64,000 bases of DNA, taken from assembly GCA_963422735.1 (NCBI GenBank), contig OY730476.1, positions 672,001 through 736,000 on the forward strand, written 5' to 3'. Shown piece after piece: positions 38,323 to 47,534 of the stretch; the stretch's first letter is position 1, and every line of letters starts with the position of its first letter. Under the pieces are notes generated by a model that saw nothing but the letters and a program-made list of their open reading frames with translations, made no database searches and was not told where the DNA came from. Made by a program: the position numbers and the translations under genes. The DNA is from Candidatus Latescibacterota bacterium (GTDB lineage: Bacteria > Latescibacterota > UBA2968 > UBA8231).

Positions 38323-39750
38323 TCAGAGCAGTCGCCCCTTTTCGATTGTGTGCGCTTCTGGATAGGCTGCGGCCAATTCCTCTACCCGGCCGACGAAAAG
38401 CTCGACTTGCTGGGTGGCCGCGCCCGTGAGGCAACGACTGCGGGAGACCGTGGTGGCGATCTCCTCTTCGCTGAGTGGAAAGCGAGGATCCGCACCCAAG
38501 CGACGCGCCAGCTCGCTGGTGTTCCGGCCTTGTTCGCGCATATCGATAGCCGCGGCCAGTGCATGCTCTCTAAGTGCGGTGTGGGCCTGTTCGCGGCCGG
38601 CACCGCGTTGGATGGCTTCCATCAGCAGCGTCGTGGTGGCAAGGAAGGGCAGATAGCGGTCTAGATCGCGGGCAATTACCGCTTCATAGACGCCCATCTC
38701 GTCGAGGATGTGGAGCGTGGTTTCGAGCATGCCATCAAAAGCAAAGAACCCATCGGGGAGGGCCACGCGGCGCACGACTGAGCAGGAGACATCCCCTTCA
38801 AACCACTGGTCGCCGGCCAGTGCGCCCAACATGTGGACATAACCGCCGAGGACGACCTGCAACCCATTGACCCGCTCGCTGCTGCGGGTATTCATTTTGT
38901 GCGGCATGGCCGAAGAGCCGACCTGCCCGGCAGCAAAGCCCTCGGTTAGCATGTCGTGGCCGGCCATCAGGCGGATCGCACGGGCCAGATTGGCAATGCC
39001 AGCCCCGAGCTGGTAGAGGCAGCTCAGCACCTCAAAGTCAAGGCTGCGGGGATAGACTTGGCCGACAGCCCCCAGTTCCCGTTGGAAGCCGAGGTGGTGC
39101 CGCACTCGGCTTTGGAGTTGGCCGAGCTTGTCGGCGTTGTTGGCGAGCAAAGTCAGTTGATCGATAGCTGTGCCGACTGCGCCCTTTAGGCCCCGCAGGG
39201 GATAGCGTTGGCCGAGCTCGTTGAGGCGGTCAAAGGCGACTAGCATTTCCTCGCCGAACATGGCGAGGCGCTTGCCAAGCGTCGTGGGTTGCGCGGCCGC
39301 GTAGTGGGTCCGGCCGGCGACCGCGAGATCCTTCCATTGCAGCGCCCGTTGGCCTAGGCGCAAAAGGAGGGCCACGTACTTCACCTGCATTTGCTGCAAG
39401 GAGCGAAGAATCTGGTACTGCTCGACATTGTCGGTCAGATCGCGGCTGGTCATCCCCTTGTGAATGTGCTCGCAGCCGGCCAAGCTGCAAAACTCTTCGA
39501 TGCGCGCTTTGACATCGTGCCGCAAAACGGCTTCGCGGTGCGCGATGGATTTGAGGTCAACTTGATCCTTGACGCGCTCGTAGGCGCTTATGGCTGCGGC
39601 GGACACATCGAGCTTTAGGTCGCGCTGTGCTTTGAGGATGGCAATCCACAACTCGCGCTCGAGGACGATGCGACCCCGTTCAGACCACAGGTCTTGAATT
39701 GCTTGGCTAGCGTAGCGCTGGGCGAGGACATTGGCGATGGTTGTAGGCAT
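38323..39750 (-). CDS. purB: Adenylosuccinate lyase
   Basis: RHDVKA, HKGMTSRDLTDN, GRTH..AQPTT, signature GSSAMPHKMN. Confidence 0.95.
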   Translation of the reverse strand: MPTTIANVLAQRYASQAIQDLWSERGRIVLERELWIAILKAQRDLKLDVSAAAISAYERVKDQVDLKSIAHREAVLRHDVKARIEEFCSLAGCEHIHKGMTSRDLTDNVEQYQILRSLQQMQVKYVALLLRLGQRALQWKDLAVAGRTHYAAAQPTTLGKRLAMFGEEMLVAFDRLNELGQRYPLRGLKGAVGTAIDQLTLLANNADKLGQLQSRVRHHLGFQRELGAVGQVYPRSLDFEVLSCLYQLGAGIANLARAIRLMAGHDMLTEGFAAGQVGSSAMPHKMNTRSSERVNGLQVVLGGYVHMLGALAGDQWFEGDVSCSVVRRVALPDGFFAFDGMLETTLHILDEMGVYEAVIARDLDRYLPFLATTTLLMEAIQRGAGREQAHTALREHALAAAIDMREQGRNTSELARRLGADPRFPLSEEEIATTVSRSRCLTGAATQQVELFVGRVEELAAAYPEAHTIEKGRLL

Positions 39751-39797
39751 GACGTGATTTATCATAAGCATTGCGCATCATCAATGCCAATAGCGCG

Positions 39798-41198
39798 TCA
39801 AATCAGCCCTAGCAGTCGCCAATAGAGCAGATTAAGCGGACAGAGCAAGAGCAAGGATGTCGTGGAAATAAGGCCTTGGGCAAGGACGATCTGCTGCATG
39901 GAGAGTTGCCGAAAACCATAGGCCACCATGAAAGGTGCCGACTGGTAGGGCAAGAAGGCTAGGGTCGTGGCCATAGCCACGCTGAATGCTGCTGGCAGCG
40001 GCGCGATCCCATGCTGAGCACCTAATTCGATCAGGGGGATGGTCGCCACGCCAGCCACCGCGGCGATATCCATCAGGAAATCGAGCGGCAGGGCGACCAA
40101 ACAAAGCGACAGGTGCTTGCCCAGCCAGCCGTATTCCTCCAACGCCAGATACTCGCCGAAAGACGCGATGAACAGGTGGTTAAATCCGGCCTCGTCCAAG
40201 GTGTGCCCCAACGTGAGCAGAGCGACAATGTAGGCGAGGAGCGCGAACCTTATCTTTAGCAAATCGCCAAAACGGAGCAGCCCCCAGCGCGGCCAGACGG
40301 ACAATACCACTAGACCCAAGCCAACATAGGCGGGTTGGATGTGATGTAAGAGATCGGTGGCCCACAAGCTTACTCCCGCAAGGAGAATGTATAGGGTGCG
40401 CCGCTGGACGCGAGTCAGCGGTGCGCTGCTCGGGGAAGGGGCCCGTTGGATGACATGGCCGTCGAGGTAACGGCCGAAAAGCAGCCATATCGCGCCGAGT
40501 GATACCAACGTTCGCAAAAAGCCGATGACCGGAAACATCCAATACAGCCAAGTGGCCCAAAATATGGGTGCGCCTTGGATTTTTTCATATTGGCCGGCCA
40601 AGACCAAGTTGGGCACGGAGCCGGTCAAAAGCCCACAACCACCGAAATACGTGCTGCAAAGCAGGGAGAGCAGCACGGCGGCCTTAAGATGCGACGATGG
40701 GCGAACGTGCAAACGCTCGATGAGGGCGATGCCAATCGGCATCAAGAACAGGACGCGGATTACCCCGGATGGAATCAGGAAGGCCGTCACCAGCCCGATC
40801 AGGTGCAATTGGCAGAGTAGGAAGAAGGGGCGTTGCGACAGACGAGACTGAAGCCAAGAAGCCAGCGCGTCTCCGAGGCCCGTTTTGGCCACCCCCAAGC
40901 TCAGGGCCATGCCAGCGAGGATGAGCCAGACAGTCTTGGAGAACAAAGCGGCTAGGCTCTGCTCAAAGCTCAGCAGACCAACGGCCGGGATCAGGACGAG
41001 CACCCCCGCCGAACTCAGCGCAATAGGTATGGGTTCCGTAGTCCAAAAAAATAGGGCAAACAGGGCGATGCCAAGGGCGTTTTGCACCGGGCTAGGTAGC
41101 GCGGCCAGAGGAGCGGCAAAGCCCAAGAAGAGGGCCGTGGTTCCAAACAGCAAGCCTACCCATTGTTTGGGTGCTAGCAGAGAGAGTCGGCGGAACAA
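39798..41198 (-). CDS. SLC13/DASS family anion permease
   Basis: WTTEPIP, LIPSGVIR, LLTGSVPNLV, LPYQSAP; many TM segments. Start uncertain. Confidence 0.8.
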   Translation of the reverse strand: MFRRLSLLAPKQWVGLLFGTTALFLGFAAPLAALPSPVQNALGIALFALFFWTTEPIPIALSSAGVLVLIPAVGLLSFEQSLAALFSKTVWLILAGMALSLGVAKTGLGDALASWLQSRLSQRPFFLLCQLHLIGLVTAFLIPSGVIRVLFLMPIGIALIERLHVRPSSHLKAAVLLSLLCSTYFGGCGLLTGSVPNLVLAGQYEKIQGAPIFWATWLYWMFPVIGFLRTLVSLGAIWLLFGRYLDGHVIQRAPSPSSAPLTRVQRRTLYILLAGVSLWATDLLHHIQPAYVGLGLVVLSVWPRWGLLRFGDLLKIRFALLAYIVALLTLGHTLDEAGFNHLFIASFGEYLALEEYGWLGKHLSLCLVALPLDFLMDIAAVAGVATIPLIELGAQHGIAPLPAAFSVAMATTLAFLPYQSAPFMVAYGFRQLSMQQIVLAQGLISTTSLLLLCPLNLLYWRLLGLI

Positions 41199-41294
41199 GG
41201 GACCTTGTGGGACTTGGGGTGGAGCACAAATTAAAAAAAGGCTGGATTTTGGAAAGCGGCTCAAGCCTATTATTTTGCATAGAGGATACGTGCA

Positions 41295-42746
41295 ATGGCT
41301 CAATTAAAGTCGATCCGCCTGCGCTTAGACAAGCCTTTGACCGGGCCGTACGACCGGCTTTTTCGCCGCCCCGGTCCCGAAGTCGCTGCACTGGCAGCGG
41401 GCGAAACGATGGCGATCATCCGCGGCACGCGGCTGCTGAAAGCCATGCCGTTATGGGAAAGCACGGCCGCGTGTTATTACGCCAAGGGCAAGGCGGGCAC
41501 CGGATGGTCGCCGGAAGATTTTAGGGACGCAGAGCAAGCCGAGCACTGGGCAGAGAAAGGGCTGGTGAACTCGCTGGCCGTGCCCATAGGCTACTTCAAG
41601 CTGCCCAATGCCGCTTGGGTCAGCGCGCTGGCGGCCGAACTGACGCCGTGGACGGCCCAACCTGTCGAAGCATGGCGGGCGGGGATTGAGCGGGACATTT
41701 GGCTGACGGTGCTGAGGGTGTATCGCTGTGCGTCCGTCCAACCGAAATTCTTGCGTCAAGGAATGGGCCTCCAGCGCGTCAGGCCCTTTGAGGTTGAGCA
41801 ATTGCAGCCGGTCATTTCAGAAAGTGAACTCAAGCGGCGAATGGAACAGATACAAGAAGCCGTAGAGCGGCATGCTCGTGGCGGCACTCGTGCAGATGCA
41901 CACTACGATGCCCAGGCCCTCGCCGCGGAGACCGGCTACACTGCCGACCAACTAAAGGGCTGGATTGACCAACTGCGGCGCAAGCAGCAGCTCATCCTAT
42001 ACGGCCCGCCCGGCACTGGCAAGACGTACTTGGCCGAGCGCTTGGCGCGCTATCTGGTGGCTGGCGGCGGTTTTAGCGAACTGGTCCAATTCCACGCCTC
42101 GTACGCGTATGAGGATTTCGTCCAGGGGATTCGGCCCCAGGTGGTAGAGGGCGCACTGCACTACGAATTGACTGCCGGGTGCTTTCTGCGGTTTTGCGAC
42201 AAGGCGCGCCAAGCCGGAGAAAAGCCCTGTGTGCTGATCATCGACGAAATAAACCGCGCAAACCTCGCGCGCGTTTTCGGCGAGCTAATGTACCTGTTGG
42301 AATACCGCCATCGCCCGATCGCGCTGGCCGGTGGCGGCGAAGAGTTTTCGATTCCCGCCAACGTCTATCTCGTCGGCACGATGAACACGGCCGACCGCTC
42401 GATCTCTTTAGTTGACCAAGCCATGCGGCGGCGATTCAGCTTTGTCCGCCTGCGCCCCAACTACCAGCTCCTGGCAAATTATCTCGCGAACAGGAGCTTA
42501 TCCTCGGAGAAGTTGGTCGCGTTACTAAAAGAAGTAAATCAATCCATTGGAGACGAGGACTGCGAGTTGGGCATTTCTTTTTTCATGGTCGCCGATATCG
42601 CCACGGCGCTGGCGCATATTTGGCAAGGCGAGGTCGAGCCGTATCTGGAGGAAGTGTTTTTCGATCGCCCGGACCAGATGGCGCGCTTTCGCTGGCCCAA
42701 GATGGCCGGGCGTTTGCCGGGTTGGGCGTGCGACGCTACGAGTTGA
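41295..42746 (+). CDS. mcrB: McrB-like AAA+ GTPase with DUF1802-like N-terminal domain
   Basis: LYGPPGTGKT, VQFHASYAYEDFVQG, IIDEINRAN, GTMNTADRS, AMRRRF. Confidence 0.9.
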   Translation: MAQLKSIRLRLDKPLTGPYDRLFRRPGPEVAALAAGETMAIIRGTRLLKAMPLWESTAACYYAKGKAGTGWSPEDFRDAEQAEHWAEKGLVNSLAVPIGYFKLPNAAWVSALAAELTPWTAQPVEAWRAGIERDIWLTVLRVYRCASVQPKFLRQGMGLQRVRPFEVEQLQPVISESELKRRMEQIQEAVERHARGGTRADAHYDAQALAAETGYTADQLKGWIDQLRRKQQLILYGPPGTGKTYLAERLARYLVAGGGFSELVQFHASYAYEDFVQGIRPQVVEGALHYELTAGCFLRFCDKARQAGEKPCVLIIDEINRANLARVFGELMYLLEYRHRPIALAGGGEEFSIPANVYLVGTMNTADRSISLVDQAMRRRFSFVRLRPNYQLLANYLANRSLSSEKLVALLKEVNQSIGDEDCELGISFFMVADIATALAHIWQGEVEPYLEEVFFDRPDQMARFRWPKMAGRLPGWACDATS

Positions 42747-43888
42747 TCGAAGAGGAAGTGGCTGCGATTCCGGCCGCCGAGCTTGCGGTCGAACAGGTCC
42801 TGCACCTGCATGCCCAATACGCAAAAGAGTTGGAGTTCGGCTTCCCCAGCCCGCTCAATGGCCAGTGTTATCAGCTCAGGTCGCGGGGCTATGTCGGCGT
42901 GGTGCCATTGGGCGCGGATGCCGCCTTAGAAATCAATCCCAAAATACGTTGCTCACTGCTCATGCCCATGCTGGAGTACGCCTATCAGTTGCCCAAGATT
43001 AGCGGGTACAAGGCCCCAGCCACTATGGGGGATATCTACGAGTTTTGGGCCGAGGTACTCGCGCGCAAGGTCCTGCAACGGGTGCGGCGCGGGCTGTTTT
43101 GGGATTACCAAACCCGCGAAGGCCCCAGTCGGTGGGTGCGGGGGCGCATGTACCCCGAGCGCAGCAATCTGGGCGTTCACCCCTACTGTCGCTTTGCAGA
43201 GCACACGCCAGACATCATCGACAATCGCATCTTGGCCAACGCGCTGTACGGCCTGAGGTGCTTTGCCTTTCGCCGCGAAAGCACTCGGCAGATGGTCGGT
43301 CGAGCTTGGTGGGTGCTGAGCGAGCTAAATTACCGCCACATTCGCCCCGCAGATTGCCTCGGTGTAGCGTACCACAGGCTAAACGAGGACTACCAACCCA
43401 TGCATGCCCTGTGTTATCCCTTGCTCCAACAGCGAAGTCCGGCTTGGGGGCTGGGGGCCAAGGAAGGGCCGGCGTACCTGCTGCACATGCCGACCTTATT
43501 CGAACGGTTTTGCACGGCGTTCATCGACCACAAGCTAAATCACAGAGTCGAGCTAAAAGCCCAGTATCACACGCGACTAAAGGGAACGGAGCGGCTTTCT
43601 TTTCGCTTGGATATGGCCCTGTTTTCAGCGGCAACTGGGCAGCCGCTGGCAGTAGTTGATGCCAAGTACAAGGTCGGCGGTCCCTCGGAAAACGATGTGC
43701 AGCAGGTGGTTGCCTATGCGGTGCAGCTAGGTACGCGCCGCGCCTTTTTGCTCTATCCGAGCAGCGATATGGACGAGCAGTTTGAGGTCGGTTTAGTAAC
43801 GGTACAAGCACTCGGGTACGATTTTGAAGCCGAGGATCTAGAAAGAGCGGGCCAGCGCGTGATCCGCAAAATAGAAAATGCTATATAA
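42728..43888 (+). CDS. mcrC: McrC-like PD-(D/E)xK nuclease subunit
   Basis: GYVGVV...INPKI, DNRIL, YHRLNEDY, MPTLFE, RLD...VVDAKYK, DVQQVVAYA; overlaps the mcrB end. Confidence 0.88.
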   Translation: MRRYELIEEEVAAIPAAELAVEQVLHLHAQYAKELEFGFPSPLNGQCYQLRSRGYVGVVPLGADAALEINPKIRCSLLMPMLEYAYQLPKISGYKAPATMGDIYEFWAEVLARKVLQRVRRGLFWDYQTREGPSRWVRGRMYPERSNLGVHPYCRFAEHTPDIIDNRILANALYGLRCFAFRRESTRQMVGRAWWVLSELNYRHIRPADCLGVAYHRLNEDYQPMHALCYPLLQQRSPAWGLGAKEGPAYLLHMPTLFERFCTAFIDHKLNHRVELKAQYHTRLKGTERLSFRLDMALFSAATGQPLAVVDAKYKVGGPSENDVQQVVAYAVQLGTRRAFLLYPSSDMDEQFEVGLVTVQALGYDFEAEDLERAGQRVIRKIENAI

Positions 43889-43903
43889 AAATTAATATGT
43901 AAA
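43884..43903. repeat. 20-bp AT-rich dispersed repeat, copy 1
   Basis: TATAAAAATTAATATGTAAA, identical at 61582-61601. Confidence 0.8.
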
Positions 43904-43921
43904 TACAATATTAGAAAAAAA

Positions 43922-45175
43922 TCAAGACTCAACGAGAAACAAACTCAACTCAGCCCAGTAAGTAATCACAACTAAGCAAGCCAACAGAATCAACAGAAAA
44001 GGCAAGGAAACGCGGTAGAGCCGATGTACGGGCTGTTCAAAGCGAATGCTGGCAATAAAGAGATTGAGCCCAATCGGCGGCGTCGAGTAGCCGATTTCCA
44101 AGTTGGTCAAAAAAATGATCCCGAGGTGAATGGGATGCACATCGTATGCTGCGGCGATGGGCACGATCAGGGGCACGACGATGAGGAGGGCAGAGAACAT
44201 GTCGATCATACAGCCCACAGCTAGCAGAAATACATTGAGGAGAATCAAGAAGAGCGGGCGGCTGCTGATGTGAGTCTCTATATAGGCGAGCAAGCGCGTT
44301 GGAATTTCCGCATCAACGAGGTAGTTGGTATAGGCCATGGCGGCGGCCAAGACAACGAAAATGCCGCCGACGAGCACCATGCTGTCGCAGATGATTTTTG
44401 GCAGTTGCCCGATAGAGACCTCACGGCGGATTAGCACCACCACCACCAGAGCGTACAGAGTGCTCAAGGCCGCAGCCTCGCTGACGGCGATGATCCCCCC
44501 GTAGATCCCCCCGAAGATCACCAGCGGCAAAAGAAGCTCCCAACTACACTCGACAAAGGCCTGCGGCAATTGGTGCCACCCGATGGGGTGCTCGGGCGCG
44601 GCACTGCGCCGGCCTTGGAATAAGCTGTAGCAAGACAGCGCACCTACCAAAAGCAGGCCGGGGGCGATGCCCGCGATGAAAAGCTGATCTACCGGCGTCT
44701 CGGATACGATGCCGTAGATGATCAGCGGCAGGCTCGGGGGGAAGAGCAATCCCAAGCTGCCCGAGGTGGTAATCAGCCCGAGGGAAAACGAATCGGGCAG
44801 GCGCTGTTGTCGCAGAGCGGGCAAGAGCAGCCCACCGAGCGCGACGATCGTCATTCCCGAAGCCCCAGTCAAAGCAGTGAAGAGGGCGCAGACGACAATG
44901 GCCATAATGGCCAGCCCCCCTGGTAGCCAGCCGAGCAAAGCTTGGGAGAAGCGCACTAGCCGGGCCGGTGCGCCGCTTTCAGCGAGGACGAAACCCGTGA
45001 GGGCGAAGAGCGGAATAGCCGTTAAGGTCGGCGTTTCGGCTATCCGGTACATCTCGATGAAGACGACGGTTAAATCGATCTCGGCGAAGGAGAAGTGCAG
45101 AAGGGCCATCGCGCTGATGACCACAAAGAGCGGGACCCCGGCTAGGGCGGCTAGGGCGGCTAGGAGGCTGCTCAC
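43922..45175 (-). CDS. dctM: TRAP transporter large permease (DctM)
   Basis: AIPLF, TGASGMTIVALG, SGSLGLLFPPSLP, NLEIGYSTPPIGLNLF. Start GTG 45175 overlapping the dctQ stop. Confidence 0.92.
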   Translation of the reverse strand: MSSLLAALAALAGVPLFVVISAMALLHFSFAEIDLTVVFIEMYRIAETPTLTAIPLFALTGFVLAESGAPARLVRFSQALLGWLPGGLAIMAIVVCALFTALTGASGMTIVALGGLLLPALRQQRLPDSFSLGLITTSGSLGLLFPPSLPLIIYGIVSETPVDQLFIAGIAPGLLLVGALSCYSLFQGRRSAAPEHPIGWHQLPQAFVECSWELLLPLVIFGGIYGGIIAVSEAAALSTLYALVVVVLIRREVSIGQLPKIICDSMVLVGGIFVVLAAAMAYTNYLVDAEIPTRLLAYIETHISSRPLFLILLNVFLLAVGCMIDMFSALLIVVPLIVPIAAAYDVHPIHLGIIFLTNLEIGYSTPPIGLNLFIASIRFEQPVHRLYRVSLPFLLILLACLVVITYWAELSLFLVES

Positions 45176-45648
45176 GGGCGATCTGCGGGGGCGCGGAGGC
45201 GTCGCCCGCCCTGCAAGAGGAAGCGCAGCCCCATCAGGCCAAAGACGAGGGGAAAGCACAATTGGGCGATCCAAGCGGGGACGGCAAAGAAAGCCATCGT
45301 GCCGAATGCGCGTTCGTCGAGTACGAAGCACCCGGCGATATAGGCTAGATAGGCGCAAAGCGCGACGGCAAAAAAGTCCGCGCCACTCAAGACGATGGCT
45401 CGCACCCGGGCGGGTAGCAGGCGCAACGCAGCGTCAATGCGGATGTGTTTGTCGAGCCGGGTGGCCATCAAAGCACCGGCTAGCCCAATCCACAACACGA
45501 GATGCCGCACGAGGCTTTCGGTGCCCAAGAAGGTGATGGAAAACAGGTTGCGCATGAGAATCTGTCCGCAGGTCAGCACTAGCAAGCAGGTTACCAAAAG
45601 GACGAGGAAGCCGGTCTCGAATCGGTGGAGGAAGTGCTGACCGCTCAA
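45172..45648 (-). CDS. dctQ: TRAP transporter small permease (DctQ)
   Basis: 4 TM segments; QILMRN, LVLWIG..GA, HIRID. Confidence 0.88.
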   Translation of the reverse strand: MSGQHFLHRFETGFLVLLVTCLLVLTCGQILMRNLFSITFLGTESLVRHLVLWIGLAGALMATRLDKHIRIDAALRLLPARVRAIVLSGADFFAVALCAYLAYIAGCFVLDERAFGTMAFFAVPAWIAQLCFPLVFGLMGLRFLLQGGRRLRAPADRP

Positions 45649-46649
45649 GGGGAAGTCCGGCGGAAGTCCTGAAGGTGTCGCGCTATTTGCTCGTGGGCCG
45701 CACGGGAAAAGGCCCGGCCTACAAGCTCGGCTTCGGCACTGGGTACGAGGCTCTTGAAGGTCTCTACATCTTTAGGGCTAACCTCAACCAGCGACAGGCC
45801 ATTTTTCTGTAACACGGCCATGGCCTCGTCGTTTTCTCGGCGGTTGTGCTGCCCTAAGGCGGCCAGGTGCTGCTGCGCTATGCGGTGGATGCGCTCGCGG
45901 TCGGCGGCGGGAATTTTGTCAAAAACCCGCTTGTCGAGCAAGAGAGCGCCTAGGATGTAGTTGATGGGAAGTTGGGTGACGTATTTTGCGCGGGTAAACC
46001 ATTGAAGAAGGATGGTCGCCGACGGTGAGGCGTACACTACATCGATTAGGTTGGTCTGCAAGCCGAGGAGAACATCCGGGATGTTCAAGGGAACCGAAGT
46101 AACGCCGGCTAAACGGAAAAGCACGGAGGTAATTGGTTCATCGGGTAGCTGCCATACCTTTTGGGTGCGCATGTCCTCGACGGTAGCTACGGGTTGCTGC
46201 GAGAGAATGTGGACAAAGCCGATGTCGGCCCAACCGAGCAAGACATAGCCTTGTTCCTCGTATCCCCGCCGATAAAAGGCCTCCATTTTCTCGAGCACGT
46301 AATCTACTTCGGCATAGCTGTCGAAGAGGAAGGGCATTTCCAGCGCGAGGACATCGGGAAAGGTCTGGCTGATGCCTAGGCCGCCAAAATTACCGCCGTG
46401 GAGCTGGCCGATGCGCATCTTGCGCAAGACGACTTTCTCTTCGCCTTGGACGCCGCCGGGATAGATTTTGAACCCCACGTTGTCGCCCGTCTCTCGCCGC
46501 ACATCTGCATCAATGGTGCGGAGGGTCTTGGCATAGCTGCTGCCCTCCGGGGCAAGGGTTGCAATTTTGAGGAGGTGATTGGGTTGGGCCGCGACAGAGT
46601 TGGCTATGAGTGCGGCGGCGACCGCGAGAAGCCCCTTAAAAGAAATCAT
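45645..46649 (-). CDS. dctP: TRAP substrate-binding protein (DctP / TatP_T type)
   Basis: Signal peptide; KIATLAPEGS, YPGGVQGEE, KMRIGQL, LQTNLID. Confidence 0.9.
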   Translation of the reverse strand: MISFKGLLAVAAALIANSVAAQPNHLLKIATLAPEGSSYAKTLRTIDADVRRETGDNVGFKIYPGGVQGEEKVVLRKMRIGQLHGGNFGGLGISQTFPDVLALEMPFLFDSYAEVDYVLEKMEAFYRRGYEEQGYVLLGWADIGFVHILSQQPVATVEDMRTQKVWQLPDEPITSVLFRLAGVTSVPLNIPDVLLGLQTNLIDVVYASPSATILLQWFTRAKYVTQLPINYILGALLLDKRVFDKIPAADRERIHRIAQQHLAALGQHNRRENDEAMAVLQKNGLSLVEVSPKDVETFKSLVPSAEAELVGRAFSRAAHEQIARHLQDFRRTSP

Positions 46650-47505
46650 CGGCTTGGTCTAGCAGGATCTGCGCCTGTTTTTGGGCGGCGATGTTTTGCA
46701 AGGTAAGCTCGGGTACGGCGTCCGCCGGGCTGGTTAGGGCTTGGTTGAGCAGGGATTCGTATAGCCCCCGGTCAAAAGTGTTTCGGGCATAGAACTTGGC
46801 CTTGGCTACGTACACTATGAGCACCTGTCCTTTGCTGATGGCCACTGCTCGATCGAAGTGTTCGGCGGCCTTTTCCGGGTCGCCACCCAACATCGGCGGC
46901 AGGGCTGCGTAATAGGACCCCAAAAAGACATGGGGACTCCCGTATTGAAAAGTCTCGTCTTGGGCCACGATCCACTGCATGAGTTTAATGACTTTGGGCA
47001 ATTCGGCCAGCGCCGCCATGGATTCAATATTGGCACTAATCCAAGCACCCCAGCTCGAAGCGGCCCAGAACACGACCGGCAGGTCTGATGCCTCTAAAGC
47101 ATCGGCGACGCGGATAAATTCAGCATAAGGTGCTTGGAGTAAACCGGGTTGACTAAGGTGCTGAGCAAGGGCTTTGAGGCCGTACTCCTTGGCCCGGTAG
47201 TACAGGTGCTTGGCCCGTTGAGGATCATCGACTTCGACCAAAGTGGCGTAGGAAGTATAGGTCTCAGCAGCACTTAAGAGCAATTGTGGGTCTTGGGGAT
47301 TGGCCTCTAGCAGCCCCTCTAATAAGAGCAGGAAGGTAGGTACGCCCGAGACGACCAAATCCAAGTCGTCGTGGCGGGCTGTGGCCACACTGACGTCCTC
47401 TATCAGCGAACCCACTAGCGCGGACTGCAACCTAGCAGCGCACCCGAGCGGCCCAAAGGCAAAGGCCGCCAGCAAGACCGTTGTCAAAATGTGTTTAGCT
47501 ACCAT
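46636..47505 (-). CDS. tatT: TRAP transporter TatT component (TPR-like lipoprotein)
   Basis: LGC lipobox; LLEGLL..NP, VFWAASSWG, PPMLGGDPEKA..HF, L..A upstream of dctPQM. Confidence 0.85.
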   Translation of the reverse strand: MVAKHILTTVLLAAFAFGPLGCAARLQSALVGSLIEDVSVATARHDDLDLVVSGVPTFLLLLEGLLEANPQDPQLLLSAAETYTSYATLVEVDDPQRAKHLYYRAKEYGLKALAQHLSQPGLLQAPYAEFIRVADALEASDLPVVFWAASSWGAWISANIESMAALAELPKVIKLMQWIVAQDETFQYGSPHVFLGSYYAALPPMLGGDPEKAAEHFDRAVAISKGQVLIVYVAKAKFYARNTFDRGLYESLLNQALTSPADAVPELTLQNIAAQKQAQILLDQADDFF

Positions 47506-47534
47506 TCGGACTCAAGAAATCGGCTAAAAGGATG

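Noticed and set aside
43884-43910. dif/Xer site
   Set aside because: Only a loose resemblance to the XerD arm (TTATGTTAAAT), with no XerC arm at the right spacing.
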